A DNA stretch of 64,000 nt from Vicugna vicugna. Lineage: Eukaryota. Every line of letters starts with the position of its first letter. Position 1 is the stretch's first letter. The notes under the pieces are model-generated. The model made no database searches. It was not told the origin of the DNA and worked only from the letters and a program-made list of their open reading frames with translations. Where the stretch lies: the NCBI GenBank assembly GCA_013265495.1, contig MU057584.1:784608-848607 (forward strand). The letters are read 5' to 3'. A program made the position numbers and the translations under genes. Below are positions 62,109 through 64,000 of this stretch, in pieces.

Positions 62109-62662
62109 ATTTTTTAAAAAGAAAGAAATGTTAGCTATTCTGGGAGGGAGGTCAGCACACTGAGCATTTGCACTGGGTCTGAGAGGGAAAAAACCCAGAA
62201 ATACACTTTATTTTCTCAGCCACAGGAAGACAACCTCATGAAGCTTTCAGCTCTCACTACTGAGAAAAATGAAGCTTTGAAAGCGCCTTCAAAAGGAAAG
62301 CTCCAGGCGCTGACTGCTGCATCTTTTATGGCAACTCACAAAACTTAATAATTGCCATTAATTTTCACATTAGGCACTAGTGTTTTGTTTTGTTTTGTTT
62401 TTTGACATGTAATTAACTGTTTCAAAGGTAGATGGAACAACGAAATCACTAAAAGGGTCTGTCTGTGTGCAGAGTAAAGGAGCCCAAGTTTATTTGCACC
62501 AGGAAAAAGCTGGCCTTTTTTCTCTTCGGAACTTGAGAATATTGAGTTGAGTGAAAGTAAATAAGGTGTTTATCCTGAGGCATTCTCTTAGCCTTCAAAG
62601 GTTAGCTAGTGAGCAATGTTTGTTGATTAAACATTGCTTTATATTGGTTTTTGTGTGTGTGG

Positions 62663-62775
62663 AGGGGAGATAATTAGGTTTATTTTTTTATTAATTAATG
62701 GAGGAACTGGGGATTGAACCTAGGATCTTGTGCATGCCAAGCACACGCTCTACCACTGAACTGCACCCTCCCCCA
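62663..62775 (-). mobile_element. tRNA-derived SINE (camelid type)
   Basis: GGGGAGGGTGCAGTTCAGTGGTAGAGCG...AGGTTCAATCCCCAG...AAACCTAATTATCTCCCC on the minus strand. Confidence 0.8.
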
Positions 62776-63156
62776 CCAAACAATGGTTTACATTCTTAAA
62801 AAGAACATTCATTTTTAAAATTTGGTGTTCTTCCCTGGGTTTTGCCGCTTTCCTCTCACTGCAGCAGGGATTATTATTGTTACTATTATTAATCATTTTG
62901 TTCAGGACACCAAGTTAGCACCCTATATCCGGTCACACCGTTTGCTTTCACTTTTGCTTCCTACAGTACAATCAGGACCTCCTTCCACATTCGCAGACGG
63001 AGCTCAACCCCATTTACCTAAGGGCTCCAAAATATTCCATAGTTTGGATATAAACACATGGGTAGTATTTCCCTTGTAGGGGCCTAGCTGCACTCTGTCC
63101 AAAGCTCTTTATGTTCAGAAGCTTCTGGGCTCCCTTGAGAGATCCTATAAGGCAGT

Positions 63157-63301
63157 TCTTTTCCTTTTCCCTTTTCCTTTTTCCTTTTTCCTTTTTCCTT
63201 TCCTTTCCTTTCCCTTTTTTTTCTTTTCTTTTCTTTTCTTTTCTTTTCTTTTCTTTTCTTTTCTTTTCTTTTCTTTTCTTTTCTTTTCTTTTCTTTCTTT
63301 C
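63157..63301. repeat. (TTTTCC)n/(TTTTC)n polypyrimidine microsatellite
   Basis: About 145 bp pure C/T tract. Confidence 0.92.
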
Positions 63302-63708
63302 GTTCTGTGTGTGTGTAAGAGGAGAAACTCTTAGATTGTGGGTAAGATTTACAGTTCTGGGGAAATTAGAGGCAACGATGGGGGAAAAAAACAGACACCC
63401 AGAGTTTTAAAGGGATAAGGAAGAAAACCAGCACACCGTCTTTTACCATAGCGAGCAAGACAGCAGCAAAAAGATACAAAGTGACATACAGGTGACAAAA
63501 TTGGGGTGACAGAGCCTTCCAGGAAACTGCAGTTGGAAAACACTCTGCGCCCAACTTTACACCTAGCCATTAAGAGCGTGAAGTGGCTGGTGCATCTTGT
63601 CGCATCTTTTCTGTCTAAGGGCCAGGGAAGCTCCCAGGAGTGGAAAGTTACCAGAGAAAACACCGTCTACTGAATCTATCTTGCAAACTTCCTTTTTTCC
63701 CCCCAGAG

Positions 63709-63894
63709 GGGTGCTCCATTCCTGAAAGTACTGCAGTACCAGGTCAATGCGTGGAATGGACGGAACAAGCTCCTATTCCAACTCCCTGCTCCCAAAAGCC
63801 ATTTACTGTATTGTCCTCGGATAGAGGATGTATCAGATAGTAAACTGATAAGAAGATACTACACCTGATCTTAGCCAAAAGGCCGAGAAGAGAT
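63709..63894 (-). pseudogene. RNU2: U2 snRNA full-length retrocopy (pseudogene)
   Basis: Minus strand reads ATCTCTTCTCGGCCTTTTGGCTAAGATCAGGTGTAGTATCTTCTTATCAG...GACCTGGTACTGCAGTACTTTCAGGAATGGAGCACCC. Colinear with U2 but with many substitutions, a 2-nt deletion and a damaged Sm site. Confidence 0.92.
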
Positions 63895-64000
63895 TACTTA
63901 TTTTTTTCAAACCATTACACACGGGGAAACGAGACCAGTAGCATTGAGTCACCTGCCCAAGATCACCCAGCTGGCAAGGAGGGGAGACAGCTCCCTCCAT

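Noticed and set aside
63709..63894. Functional U2 snRNA gene
   Set aside because: Sm site mutated, internal deletion, TSD-like flanks and no evident PSE; the downstream GTTTGCAAGATAGA only loosely resembles a 3' box.

Overview
Mammalian genomic DNA, probably camelid (many ~100-150 bp tRNA-derived SINEs of the camelid type), orthologous to the human 19q13.3 DNA-repair cluster. Gene order: CKM (minus; exons 1-4 plus its muscle enhancers, 3' part outside the window), KLC3 (plus, complete, 505 aa), ERCC2/XPD (minus, complete, 23 exons, 760 aa), PPP1R13L/iASPP (minus), POLR1G/CD3EAP (plus, 531 aa) and the last four exons of ERCC1 (minus). All exons were placed by GT-AG boundaries and phase arithmetic. 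Main anomalies: (1) a 68-bp tandem duplication with an 8-bp spacer inside PPP1R13L exon 7 adds 76 nt, shifts the frame and predicts truncation before the ankyrin/SH3 domain (real null allele or assembly error); (2) the expected POLR1G start position reads ACG, with an in-frame ATG 12 nt upstream; (3) a full-length U2 snRNA retrocopy in an ERCC1 intron; (4) several L1-machinery products, namely an orphan 3'-UTR-like retrocopy with target-site duplications and two candidate L1 3' transductions in ERCC2 intron 5. I found no convincing wholly new biological system. No database searches were run; comparisons with human or mouse are from memory.
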